From assembly GCA_963727485.1 (NCBI GenBank), contig CAVSGM010000011.1, positions 576,001 through 640,000 of the forward strand: a stretch of DNA of 64,000 nucleotides, written 5' to 3'. Below, piece after piece: positions 45,994-55,233 of this stretch. Made by a program: the position numbers and the translations under genes. The notes beneath the pieces are model-generated. The model was not told where the DNA came from. It searched no databases and saw only the letters and a program-made list of their open reading frames with translations. Each line of letters starts with the position of its first letter. Within the stretch, counting starts at the first letter, position 1. The stretch is from an uncultured delta proteobacterium (GTDB taxonomy: Bacteria; Myxococcota; Myxococcia; SLRQ01).

Positions 45994-47358
45994 CTAGGAC
46001 CCGAGCTGGGCCATGAGCCGCTGGGCGGCGGCGTTGTCGGGCTGGGCCGAGAGGACCTTGCGCAGGTGCCGCCGGGCCTGGCGGGCGTAGCCGTCGCGCT
46101 GGCGCCGACCCTTGGCGAGCTGGTGCCGGCGCACCAGCAGCGCCCCGAGCGAGAGGTGGGCCGCGAGGTTGCCCGGGTCGCGGCGCAGGACCGACTCCAG
46201 GGCCGCCTGGGCGCCGTCGAGGTTTCCGGCGCCGGCGAGGACCCGGGCGAGCTGGAGCTTCGGCCCGGGGGCCTTGGGCGCAAGGCGCGACCAGCGCTCG
46301 AGGTACTTGACCGCCTCCGGGGTGTCCTCCCGGCGCATGGCCAGGCGCGCCAGCATCTGGATGGCCTCGACCATCAGGGGGTCGTGGGCCAGGGCCGCGA
46401 GGTAGGCCTTGCGGGCCTCGTCGAAACGCTGGTGGCTGTAGAGGAAGTTGGCGAGGTAGAGGTGGGGCTGGGGCAGGTCCGGGGCGAGCTTCACCGCCCG
46501 GCGGAAGTGGACCATGGCCTCGCCGCCGTTCTCGATGCGCTCGTAGGCCAGGCCCATGAGCCCCTGGGCGATGGCCAGGTCCGGGTACTGCTCGGCCACC
46601 TTGTCCAGGATGTCCAGGGCGTTCTGGGGGACGTCGGCCTTCTCCAACCAGTCGATGGCCCGGTTGAGCTGGCCCCGGACGCTGTCGGGGACGTGGCGGA
46701 AGGGATCGGTGATCCGGTCGGCGACCTTCCGGGCCTGCTTCACCGCCGAGGGGCTGGGGTCGAGGTCGAGGAGGTCCCGGAGGGCGTCGAGGGCGGCGTC
46801 GAGGTGCCCGGCGTGGAAGAGGGCCAGGGCGTAGGGCACCCGGTACCGGGCGACCTTGGGGGCCAGCGCCACCGCCCGCGCCAGGGCCTTCTGGGCCTCG
46901 GGCCAGCGCTCGGCCTCGAGGAGGATGACCCCGGCGCGGAAGGGGAAGTCGGCCTCCTGGGGCTTCAGGGCCGCGGCCCGGGCCAGGTCCTCGAGGCACC
47001 CGGGGGCGTTGGCGGTGGAGTCGGCGTAGCGGGCGATGGCCAGGCCGTAGAGGGCGTAGGGGTCGTCGGGGTGGCGCCGGAGGACGGCCTGGTAGCGGTC
47101 CTCGACCTGGGCGAGGTGGCCGAGGTTGAAGGCGGCCTCCACCAGGCCCCGGTGGGCGGCGAGGCGGGTGCGGTCGACCGAGAGGACCTGGCCGTAGAGG
47201 CGGCTCGCCCGGGCCCACTCGCCCTGGGCGCCCGCGCGGTGGGCCTCGGCGAGGCGGGCCTCCAGGCCGGCCCGTGTGGTGAGCGGCGCCGCGGCCACGT
47301 GGGCGCAGGCGGGGAGCGCCACGAGGGCGAGGAGGACGGCGAGTCGGCGCGGGGTCAT
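45994..47358 (-). CDS. TPR-repeat lipoprotein
   Basis: MTPRR-hydrophobic-LPAC lipobox; many A..L.P TPR motifs. Confidence 0.85.
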   Translation of the reverse strand: MTPRRLAVLLALVALPACAHVAAAPLTTRAGLEARLAEAHRAGAQGEWARASRLYGQVLSVDRTRLAAHRGLVEAAFNLGHLAQVEDRYQAVLRRHPDDPYALYGLAIARYADSTANAPGCLEDLARAAALKPQEADFPFRAGVILLEAERWPEAQKALARAVALAPKVARYRVPYALALFHAGHLDAALDALRDLLDLDPSPSAVKQARKVADRITDPFRHVPDSVRGQLNRAIDWLEKADVPQNALDILDKVAEQYPDLAIAQGLMGLAYERIENGGEAMVHFRRAVKLAPDLPQPHLYLANFLYSHQRFDEARKAYLAALAHDPLMVEAIQMLARLAMRREDTPEAVKYLERWSRLAPKAPGPKLQLARVLAGAGNLDGAQAALESVLRRDPGNLAAHLSLGALLVRRHQLAKGRRQRDGYARQARRHLRKVLSAQPDNAAAQRLMAQLGS

Positions 47359-47422
47359 GCGACTCGCACCGGCGTACCACAGCTTTCTATGCGCCAAAAG
47401 GGGTGGTACCTCTCGGGAGGGC

Positions 47423-48040
47423 ATGGCGAGGAAGCGCAAGTTCATTGCGGTGGCGGGGAACATGGGCGCCGGCAAGACCGAGCTGGTCAACTTCCTGTGC
47501 CGCCGCTACGACCTCAAGCCCTTCTTCGAGCCCAACGAGGGCAACCCCTACCTCGAGGACTTCTACGAGGACATGAAGGCCTGGGGGTTCCACTCGCAGA
47601 TCTACTTCCTCACCCACAAGTTCCGCCTCCACCGGCAGCTGGAGCAGGAGCCGGGGACGGTGGTCCAGGACCGGACCATCTACGAGGACGCGGAGATCTT
47701 CGCCCGGAACCTCTTCCTCCAGCGGCGGATGTCCAAGCGCGACTGGCAGACCTACCAGGAGCTCTACCAGGTGGTCAGCGAGGCCCTCGCGCCCCCGGAC
47801 CTGATGATCTACCTGAAGGCCAGCGTGCGCACGATCCGCAAGCGCATCGGCATCCGGGGCCGCCCCGAGGAGCAGCAGGTCCCGGCGAGCTACCTCAAGC
47901 GCCTCAACGCCCTCTACGAGGACTGGTTCGAGCGCTACGACCTCTCGGAGGTGTTGACCCTGGAGAGCGACTCCATGGACTACCTCCAGGATCTCGTCGA
48001 CCGCCTCGACCTCCTCAAGCGCATCGAGCGGCATCTCTGA
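47423..48040 (+). CDS. deoxynucleoside kinase (Dck/Dgk family)
   Basis: AGNMGAGKT, NPYLEDFY, QDRTIYED, PDLMIYL, RGRPEE. Confidence 0.92.
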   Translation: MARKRKFIAVAGNMGAGKTELVNFLCRRYDLKPFFEPNEGNPYLEDFYEDMKAWGFHSQIYFLTHKFRLHRQLEQEPGTVVQDRTIYEDAEIFARNLFLQRRMSKRDWQTYQELYQVVSEALAPPDLMIYLKASVRTIRKRIGIRGRPEEQQVPASYLKRLNALYEDWFERYDLSEVLTLESDSMDYLQDLVDRLDLLKRIERHL

Positions 48041-48133
48041 TCCGGTGATCCGGTGGGCCCCCAAGCCGGGGGTTTCCCTGCAGGGGCCGGATGCGCTATA
48101 ACCATGGCACTGCGGGTGGGCGGAGTGCGCGCC

Positions 48134-48598
48134 GTGGGGGAGAAGTCAGCCAGAGCCATCGCCTTCAGCTTCGTCGAGCCTCGGACCGCGGTGCTGGTCC
48201 ACACCCGGGACACCCCGGGTGACGACGAGTGGCGCACCTATCTTGCCGCCCTCAAGGCCCGGTTGGACCAGCAGGGGAAGAGCGTGGTCTCCCTGGTGGT
48301 CACCGAGGGCGGCGGGCCCAACACCGTGCAGCGCACGGACATGAACGAGGCCCTCCTCAAGGACGGGGGGAGCTTCAGCACCGCCGTGGTCACCGAGAGC
48401 CGCGTGGCCCGGGGCATCGTGACCGCGATGTCCTGGTTCAACAGCGGGATCCGGGCCTTCGCGCCCAAGCAGCTCGACGACGCCATCGGCTACCTCGGCC
48501 TCGATCCCCGGGAGCACGCCGAGGTCCTGGAGACGCTGGGCCGCCTGCGGGCCGAGCTCGACCTCGGGCCGCTGCCCGGGACGCCGGGCCTGGCCTAG
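48134..48598 (+). CDS. hypothetical protein, possibly STAS/SEC14-like
   Basis: P.DDEW..YL, GGPN..QR, AVVTES..ARGIVTAMSW, AF pattern; GTG 48134 after GGAG preferred because TATAAC (48097-48102) abuts ATG 48104. Confidence 0.6.
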   Translation: MGEKSARAIAFSFVEPRTAVLVHTRDTPGDDEWRTYLAALKARLDQQGKSVVSLVVTEGGGPNTVQRTDMNEALLKDGGSFSTAVVTESRVARGIVTAMSWFNSGIRAFAPKQLDDAIGYLGLDPREHAEVLETLGRLRAELDLGPLPGTPGLA

Positions 48599-48607
48599 GA
48601 CGCCGGC

Positions 48608-49678
48608 CTAGGACGCGGCGGCATCGTCGAGGAGGTCCGGGTCGGCCTCCCGCATCTCCCGGCACCCGAGCTGGGGCTGGACGGTGACCGTGCCCCGCAG
48701 GGTGTCGAAGGTCCCGGCCTCGACCAGGGCCAGCGCGGCGTCGGCGGCCACCGGGTCGAACTGCCGGCCCCGCTCGCGGGTGAGCTCCCCGAGGATGTAG
48801 TCGGGCTTCTGGGGGCCCCGGTAGGCTCGCGGCGCGGTCATGGCCTCGTAGGCGTCGGCGACGTGGATCACCCGGGCCACCGGCGAGATCTCCTCACCGG
48901 CGACCCCGTGGGGGTAGCCCCGGCCGTCCCAGCGCTCGTGGTGGTGGAGCACCGCGTCGCGGGCGATCTCCGGGAGGTCGGCGATGGGGGCCACGATCCC
49001 GAAGCCCACCTCGGGGTGGCGCTTCATCTCCCGGAACTCGTCGTCGTCGAGGCGGCCAGGCTTGAGGAGGATCCGCTCGGGGACGCCGATCTTGCCGCAG
49101 TCGTGGAGCAGGCCCCCGAGCCGGGCGGCGCGGACCTCGTCCTCGGACATCCCCAGGCGTCCGGCCAGGGCCTCGGCGTAGCGGCCCACCAGCTCCGAGT
49201 GGCCCCGGGTGTAGGGATCCTTGGCCTCGATGGCGGCGGCGAGGGCGGAGACGGTCTGCATCAGCCCGTTGGCCAGGAGGCTGTCCCGGGCGAAGCGCTC
49301 GAGGGCCGCGGTCTCGGCGGCGCCCACCACCAGCTCCCGGAGCCCGGTGACCTCCCAGGGCTTGGTGACGATGCGGTGGACCTGGCTGCGGTTGACCGCG
49401 TCGAGGGCGGTCTCCACGTCGGCGTAGCCGGTGAGCAGGACCCGGAAGGTGTCCGGGGCGCGGTGCTGGATGGTCTCGAGGAGCTCGACGCCGGTCGTCC
49501 CCGGCATCCGGTGGTCGCTCACCACCACGTCCGGGCGGATCTCCTCGAAGGTCCGGAGGGCCTCGGCGGCGCTCCGGGCGAAGTGGAGGGTCACCGGCGC
49601 GTGGCGGAAGGTGGCGGCGAGGGCCGCGAGGATGGTGGCGTCGTCGTCGACGAAGAGGACAGCAGGCAGGTCGGCCAT
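48608..49678 (-). CDS. REC + HD-GYP cyclic-dinucleotide phosphodiesterase response regulator
   Basis: LFVDDD, SDHRMP, KPW; KDPYTRGHS, LHDCGK, HHERWDGRGYP, ADAYEAMT. Confidence 0.93.
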   Translation of the reverse strand: MADLPAVLFVDDDATILAALAATFRHAPVTLHFARSAAEALRTFEEIRPDVVVSDHRMPGTTGVELLETIQHRAPDTFRVLLTGYADVETALDAVNRSQVHRIVTKPWEVTGLRELVVGAAETAALERFARDSLLANGLMQTVSALAAAIEAKDPYTRGHSELVGRYAEALAGRLGMSEDEVRAARLGGLLHDCGKIGVPERILLKPGRLDDDEFREMKRHPEVGFGIVAPIADLPEIARDAVLHHHERWDGRGYPHGVAGEEISPVARVIHVADAYEAMTAPRAYRGPQKPDYILGELTRERGRQFDPVAADAALALVEAGTFDTLRGTVTVQPQLGCREMREADPDLLDDAAAS

Positions 49679-49832
49679 GGGAACTCCAGTGGGGTGGTCG
49701 TGGGCCGAGGAGGAGCAACCGCCGTGCCGAGGGCTCGAGGGCACAAAGGGCCGGGATCCCAGGGGTCGCCCCGGGGCGCCGGTGGGTCACCCGGGCCCGG
49801 CGGGTCCCGCGGGACCCGGGTCGTCGGTGCCA

Positions 49833-49861
49833 TTGACCGCCGGGGGCCCACGCGGCAAGTT
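49833..49861 (+). promoter_or_regulatory. putative sigma70 promoter giving a leaderless coaBC mRNA
   Basis: TTGACC-17 nt-CAAGTT, 6 nt before GTG 49868; no SD. Confidence 0.45.
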
Positions 49862-49867
49862 GCCCCG

Positions 49868-51052
49868 GTGACCCTGCCGAGCCTCGAGGAGCGCCGCTTC
49901 GTGGTCGGCGTCGACGGTGGCCCCACCGCCTTCGAGGCCCCGGAGGTGGTCCGCACCCTGGTGCGGGCCGGCGCCGAGGTGCGGGTCGCGGTCACCGGCG
50001 ACGCCGAGGGGTGGATTGGGGCCCTGGCCCTGGAGACGGTGAGCCGGGCCAAGGTGGCCCGCCGCCCCGACGAGGCCGCCGGGTGGGCGCGGTGGGCCGA
50101 CGCCCTGGTGGTCGCGCCCGCCGGGGCCGACCTGGTGGCGCGGCTGGCCGCCGGGCGCGCCGACGACGCGGTGGCCGATCTCTTCCTCCGCTTCGCCGGG
50201 CGGGCGGTCCTGGTGCCCGGGACCGACCTCCCCCCGGACGCCTGGGTGAAGGCGAACCTCGCGGCCCTCGGCGAGCGGGCCCTGGTGCTGCCCCCCGGGA
50301 CCGCCCCCGCCGGCGCCGCCGCCGGCCTCCGCCGGGTCCTCGGGCCCCGGGACCTCGTGGGCCGCCGGGTCCTGGTGACCGCCGGGCCCACCCGGGAGCC
50401 CCTCGACCCGGTCCGCTTCCTCTCCAACCCCTCCACCGGCCGCATGGGCTTCGCGCTGGCCGAGGCCGCCCGGCGCCGGGGGGCGGAGGTGATCCTCTGC
50501 GCCGGGCCCACCCACCTGGCGCCGCCGCCCGGGGTGCGGGTGGTGCCCTTCGACACCGCCGAGTCCCTGCACGCGGCGGTGACCGCGGTGGCCGGCGAGG
50601 CCGACCTGGACCTGGTGATCGCCTGCGCCGCGGTGGCCGACTGGCGTCCCGCCGAGGTCGCCGCCGAGAAGCGCAAGAAGGCGGATGCCGGGGCGGAGCT
50701 GACCCTGCGCCTGGTGCGCACCCCCGACGTCCTCGCCGAGCTCTCCCGGTCGGTGGCCGGTCGCGCCGACCGACCGGTGCTGGTGGGCTTCGCCGCCGAG
50801 ACCGGGGACCTGGAGGCGGGCGCCCGGGCCAAGCTCACGGGCAAGGGCCTCGACCTGGTGGTGGCCAACCGGGTGAAGGGCGCCGGGAGCGCCTTCGGGG
50901 CCGAGGACAACGAGGTCTACCTGGTGAGCGCCGGGGGGGTCGCGCACCTGCCCCGGTCGTCGAAGGCGGAGATCGCCCAGGGGATCCTCGACCGGGTGGC
51001 GCCGCTGGTGGAGGCGCGCCGCGGGGCGGCACGCCGGGAGGGGGACCGATGA
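49868..51052 (+). CDS. coaBC: CoaBC-like protein: intact PPC synthetase, degenerate PPC decarboxylase domain
   Basis: C-terminal half has [48 protein letters not shown]-terminal half follows the flavoprotein fold without its catalytic motifs. Confidence 0.88.
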   Translation: MTLPSLEERRFVVGVDGGPTAFEAPEVVRTLVRAGAEVRVAVTGDAEGWIGALALETVSRAKVARRPDEAAGWARWADALVVAPAGADLVARLAAGRADDAVADLFLRFAGRAVLVPGTDLPPDAWVKANLAALGERALVLPPGTAPAGAAAGLRRVLGPRDLVGRRVLVTAGPTREPLDPVRFLSNPSTGRMGFALAEAARRRGAEVILCAGPTHLAPPPGVRVVPFDTAESLHAAVTAVAGEADLDLVIACAAVADWRPAEVAAEKRKKADAGAELTLRLVRTPDVLAELSRSVAGRADRPVLVGFAAETGDLEAGARAKLTGKGLDLVVANRVKGAGSAFGAEDNEVYLVSAGGVAHLPRSSKAEIAQGILDRVAPLVEARRGAARREGDR

Positions 51053-51849
51053 GCGACGGAGATCGCGACGCGGCGCTCGGGGAGGTCCTGGCGGACCTCG
51101 AGGCGCACCTGAAGTGGCGCCTGGAGAGCGGGCTGACGCGGGTGCCGCCGGCCGCGGAACCCGCCGTCGCGTCGCCGCCAGTCGCCGCTGCACCTCCCGC
51201 CGCCGCGTCGCCGCCGGTCGCCGCCGCAGCTCCCGCCGGCCCGGGCCCCGCGACCGGCAGCGGCCCCCACGGCTGGGAGAAGGGCGTGGGCTCCGAGGCC
51301 CTGATGGCCATCCGCACCGACCTCGGCGACTGCGTGCGCTGCAAGCTCTCGCGGGGTCGCACCAACCTGGTCTTCGGCGTGGGCAACCCCGACGCCGACC
51401 TGGTCTTCGTGGGCGAGGGCCCCGGGGCCGAGGAGGACCGCCAGGGCGAGCCCTTCGTGGGCCGCGCCGGCGAGCTGCTCACCAAGATGATCCAGGCGAT
51501 GGGCCGCGCCCGCGACGGCGTCTACATCTGCAACGTGGTCAAGTGCCGCCCGCCCGGAAACCGCGACCCCGAGCCCGACGAGGTCGCCGCCTGCGAGCCG
51601 TTCCTCAAGCGGCAGCTCGCGGCGATCCGCCCCAGGGCCATCGTGGGCCTGGGGAAGTTCGCGGTGCAGGCCCTCATGGGCGACCCGGGCGCGCGCATCA
51701 CCCGGGTCCGCGGCACCTGGTTCACCTACGAGGGCATCCCGGTGATGCCCACCTTCCACCCGGCGTACCTCCTCCGGAACCCGGCGGCGAAGGGCGACGC
51801 GTGGAAGGACCTCCAGGCGGTGATGGCGCGGCTCGAGCAGGGGGGCTAG
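51049..51849 (+). CDS. uracil-DNA glycosylase family 4 (Fe-S)
   Basis: [39 protein letters not shown]; Ala/Pro linker with an imperfect 11-aa repeat. Confidence 0.93.
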   Translation: MSDGDRDAALGEVLADLEAHLKWRLESGLTRVPPAAEPAVASPPVAAAPPAAASPPVAAAAPAGPGPATGSGPHGWEKGVGSEALMAIRTDLGDCVRCKLSRGRTNLVFGVGNPDADLVFVGEGPGAEEDRQGEPFVGRAGELLTKMIQAMGRARDGVYICNVVKCRPPGNRDPEPDEVAACEPFLKRQLAAIRPRAIVGLGKFAVQALMGDPGARITRVRGTWFTYEGIPVMPTFHPAYLLRNPAAKGDAWKDLQAVMARLEQGG

Positions 51850-51852
51850 GGC

Positions 51853-53466
51853 ATGCACCTGGAGAGCACGCTGCTCATCCTCTTCGGGGTGGCGGCGGCG
51901 GTGGCGATCATCTCCCACCGGCTGCGCCTGCCCTACACCATCGCCCTGGTGCTCACCGGGCTGGTGCTCGGCGCCATCCACGTCCTCCAGGCGCCGCACC
52001 TCTCCAAGGAGCTGCTCTTCCTCATCGTCCTCCCCGGCCTCATCTTCGAGGCCGCCTACCACATGGAGTTCCGGGAGTTCTGGGCGGCGAAGCTCTCGAT
52101 CTTCTCGCTCGCGGTGCCGGGGCTGCTGGTCGCCGTGGGGGCCACCGGCTTCATGGTGTGGCTGGGGGTGAACCAGCTCGGCTTCGGCTCGCTCACCCTG
52201 ATGGAGGCGATGGTCTTCGGGGCCCTCATCGCCGCCACCGATCCCATCAGCGTCCTGGCGATCTTCAAGACCCTGGGGGTGGACCGGAAGCTCTACGTCC
52301 TGGTCGAAGGCGAGTCCCTGTTCAACGACGGCACGGCGGTGGTGGTGTTCACCATCCTCCTGGCCATGGCCACCGGCCACGAGACCTCCCTCGGCGGGGC
52401 GGTCTACGAGTTCGTGAAGGTCACGGGGATGGCGGCGGCGGTGGGGGCGGTGATGGGCTCGCTGGGGAGCCTGGTGACCCGCACCCTGGAAGAGCCGGTC
52501 ATCGAGATCACCCTGACCGCGCTCACCGCCTACGGCAGCTTCATCATCGCCGAGCACTTCGGATACTCGGGGGTCATCGCCTGCGTGGTCGCCGGCATGC
52601 TCACGGGCAACTGGGGCGCGCGCATCGGGATGAGCGCCACCACCCGGCTGGCGGTGGAGTCGTTCTGGGAGTACGCCGCCTTCGTCCTCAACTCCCTGGT
52701 CTTCCTCCTGGTGGGCCTGGAGGTGAAGATCGGCGCGCTGGTGCGGCACGTGGTGCCGATCCTGGTCGCCTGGGTGGCGGTGGTGGTCGGCCGGGCGGCG
52801 GTGGTCTCCCTCAAGCAGCTCATCGTCGGGCGCCTGGCGCCCTCGGCGCGGATGCCCTCGGCCTGGGCGGCGGCGCTCACCTGGGGTGGGCTCCGGGGCG
52901 GGCTCTCCATGGTCCTGGCCCTGGCGCTCCCCCGGACCTTCGTCCACCGGGAGCTGATCCTCACCCTGACCTTCGGGGTGGTGCTCCTCTCGCTCCTGGT
53001 CCAGGGGCTGACCATGAAGCCCCTGCTCACGCGCCTGGGGCTTGCCGGGCGGGCCACCGATCGCGAGGCCTACGAGCGGCGCCTGGCGCGGCTCCGGGCC
53101 GCCGGGCGGGCGGTGGAGGAGCTGGAGGCGATGCACCGGGCGCGGACGGTCCCCACGGCGGTGTTCCACGACCTCCACGCGCGGTACACCGAGCGGGTGA
53201 AGCAGCTCGAGGCCGAGATCACCGAGCTCCACCTGGAGCGTGACGACATCCGCGCCGAGGAGAGCCTGGCGGTGCGCCGGCACCTGCTGGCGGTGGAGAA
53301 GGAGTCGCTCCGGGAGACCTATCAGTACGGGCTCATCGCCGAGCCGGTGCTCCGGGGGCTCACCGGGGAGCTCGACCAGCGGCTCCTCGAGCTGGAGATC
53401 GCGGCGTCCCATCCCGGCGACGCCGACGACGAGGCCAACGGGGAGAGCAAGGAGACGACGTCATGA
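51853..53466 (+). CDS. CPA1 family Na+/H+ antiporter
   Basis: LPGLIFEAA, ATDPISV, EGESLFNDG, SGVIACV, WGGLRG, VQGLT. Confidence 0.93.
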   Translation: MHLESTLLILFGVAAAVAIISHRLRLPYTIALVLTGLVLGAIHVLQAPHLSKELLFLIVLPGLIFEAAYHMEFREFWAAKLSIFSLAVPGLLVAVGATGFMVWLGVNQLGFGSLTLMEAMVFGALIAATDPISVLAIFKTLGVDRKLYVLVEGESLFNDGTAVVVFTILLAMATGHETSLGGAVYEFVKVTGMAAAVGAVMGSLGSLVTRTLEEPVIEITLTALTAYGSFIIAEHFGYSGVIACVVAGMLTGNWGARIGMSATTRLAVESFWEYAAFVLNSLVFLLVGLEVKIGALVRHVVPILVAWVAVVVGRAAVVSLKQLIVGRLAPSARMPSAWAAALTWGGLRGGLSMVLALALPRTFVHRELILTLTFGVVLLSLLVQGLTMKPLLTRLGLAGRATDREAYERRLARLRAAGRAVEELEAMHRARTVPTAVFHDLHARYTERVKQLEAEITELHLERDDIRAEESLAVRRHLLAVEKESLRETYQYGLIAEPVLRGLTGELDQRLLELEIAASHPGDADDEANGESKETTS

Positions 53467-54188
53467 CCACGGCATTCGTGGCCGGGTCGACGGGGTACAC
53501 AGGACGGGCGCTGGTGCAGGCGCTCCGGCGCCAGGACATCACCACCGTGGCCCACGTGCGCCCGGGCTCCCGGAGCCTCGCGGAGGTGGCGACGACCTTC
53601 CTCGACGCCGGGGCCGAGGTGGACACCACGCCCTGGGAGCCCGAGGCCCTCACCGAGACCCTCCGGCGGGTGAACCCGGATCTGGTCTTCGCCTGTCTTG
53701 GCACCACCCGCAAGCGGATGAAGGCGGCCCGGCGCGCCGGGACCGAAGAGGACTACCGCACGGTGGACTACGGGCTCACGGCGATGCTGGTCGACGCCTG
53801 CCTCGCCGCGGGGCTGAAGCCGCGCTTCGTCTACCTCTCGGCGGCGGGGGTGCGCGACGGGGCCCAGGGCGCCTACTACACCGCCCGGGCGGACGCCGAG
53901 GAGAAGGTCCGCGAGAGCGGGCTGCCCTACACCCTGGCGCGGCCCTCGTTCATCAGCGGCGACGATCGGGCCGAGCGCCGGCCGGCGGAGCGCATCGCCG
54001 CGAAGGTCACCGACGCCACCCTGGGGATCGCCTCGGCGGTGGCGCGCCGGTCGGCCATCAAGGACAAGTGGGGCTCGATGACCGGCGAGCTGCTGGCGCG
54101 GGGGATGGTGCAGGTGGCGCTCGACCCGGCGTTCGAGGACCAGGTCGCCGAGGCGGCGGCGCTCCGGGCGGCGTCCCAGTCGAGCTGA
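53463..54188 (+). CDS. NAD(P)-binding atypical SDR oxidoreductase
   Basis: VAGSTGYTG Rossmann motif, CLGTT, VDY, ARPSFI. Confidence 0.8.
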   Translation: MTTAFVAGSTGYTGRALVQALRRQDITTVAHVRPGSRSLAEVATTFLDAGAEVDTTPWEPEALTETLRRVNPDLVFACLGTTRKRMKAARRAGTEEDYRTVDYGLTAMLVDACLAAGLKPRFVYLSAAGVRDGAQGAYYTARADAEEKVRESGLPYTLARPSFISGDDRAERRPAERIAAKVTDATLGIASAVARRSAIKDKWGSMTGELLARGMVQVALDPAFEDQVAEAAALRAASQSS

Positions 54189-54206
54189 AGGGCCGGCCGC
54201 GCGGGG

Positions 54207-54674
54207 TCAGCCCTTGCCGCCGGAGCGGTCCTTGGCCCGCCGCGAGGCCTTCGCCCCCCGGGCGCCGGCCTTCCGGTGCCCGGCCCGGGTGGCCTTGGCG
54301 CCCTCGCCGAGGGCGTCGAGGTGCACGTCGAGGAAGTGGCGCGCCTGGCGCAGATCGTCGACGGCCTCGGCCCGGAGCCCCACGCAGGCCTCGTGGCCGG
54401 CGGCGGTGATCTCGTAGACCCGGCGCGGCGCCGCGGTGCCCCTCGCCCAGCGCCCCCGGACCAGCCCCTCGCCCTCGAGGCGCTTGAGGGTGGGGTAGAG
54501 GGAGCCGGGGCTGGGGCTCCAGACGCCGCCGGTCATCTCGGCGATGGTCGCGGCGATCCCGGCGCCGTGGGCCGGCGCCTCCTCCAACAGGTGGAGGACG
54601 TAGAGGGGCAGGAGGCCGCGGACCAGCCCTTCGAGGATCGGCCGCCGCGGGCTCTCCAGGGAACGCTGCGCCAT
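54207..54674 (-). CDS. PadR family transcriptional regulator
   Basis: LHLL...HG, WSPSPGSLYPTLKRLE.EGLV, RRVYEIT..G; TAGACT 6 nt before ATG. Confidence 0.9.
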   Translation of the reverse strand: MAQRSLESPRRPILEGLVRGLLPLYVLHLLEEAPAHGAGIAATIAEMTGGVWSPSPGSLYPTLKRLEGEGLVRGRWARGTAAPRRVYEITAAGHEACVGLRAEAVDDLRQARHFLDVHLDALGEGAKATRAGHRKAGARGAKASRRAKDRSGGKG

Positions 54675-54683
54675 GGCTCGAGT

Positions 54684-55145
54684 CTAGAAACGGAAGAGGG
54701 GGCGCGCCGCGGCCATCCCCGGCCAGGGGATGCCCACCAGGAAGAGCCCCAGGCCGACGGTGAAGAAGATCGCCGCGCGCTTGAACTTGGCCACGTCGAC
54801 GGCCGCCCGCTTGGAGAGGGCCTGGCCCAGGTGCACCATCACGATGGCGACGAGCATGATCCCGATGTGCTCCACGGCCCAGAAGCGCAGCTGGTCGTTC
54901 TTCATGGCCGCGCCGAAGTCGTGGAACGCCAGCTTGGTCGCCGGGCTCAGGGCCACGTAGAGGATGAGGCCCAACAGGAGCTGGATGTCCACGGAGATCA
55001 CCAGGAAGGTGTTGATGCGCTTCTGGGTGGGGCCCCAGGTGCGCCCGCCGAGCCAGCCGGACCAGTTGGTGATCACGGCGGTGAGGGCCAGGGCGAGGAC
55101 GATCCAGCGGAAGAGGGAGTGGACGACCAGGAAGGCGGTGTACAC
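54684..55145 (-). CDS. four-TM membrane protein with conserved-looking histidines
   Basis: GTG after AAGGA; HSLFRW, DIQLLLGL, RFWAVEH, IPW. Confidence 0.75.
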   Translation of the reverse strand: MYTAFLVVHSLFRWIVLALALTAVITNWSGWLGGRTWGPTQKRINTFLVISVDIQLLLGLILYVALSPATKLAFHDFGAAMKNDQLRFWAVEHIGIMLVAIVMVHLGQALSKRAAVDVAKFKRAAIFFTVGLGLFLVGIPWPGMAAARPLFRF

Positions 55146-55233
55146 GGGGGGATCCTTTCGGGAGTGGGTCCCGGGGAAATGGCACGCGCCACGCCGGGCG
55201 GGAAGGGTCGGTGGGGGGATGGCGCCGCAGCGC

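Noticed and set aside
51160..51240. Imperfect 33-nt repeat in udg
   Set aside because: Encodes a low-complexity Ala/Pro linker, ordinary for this family.
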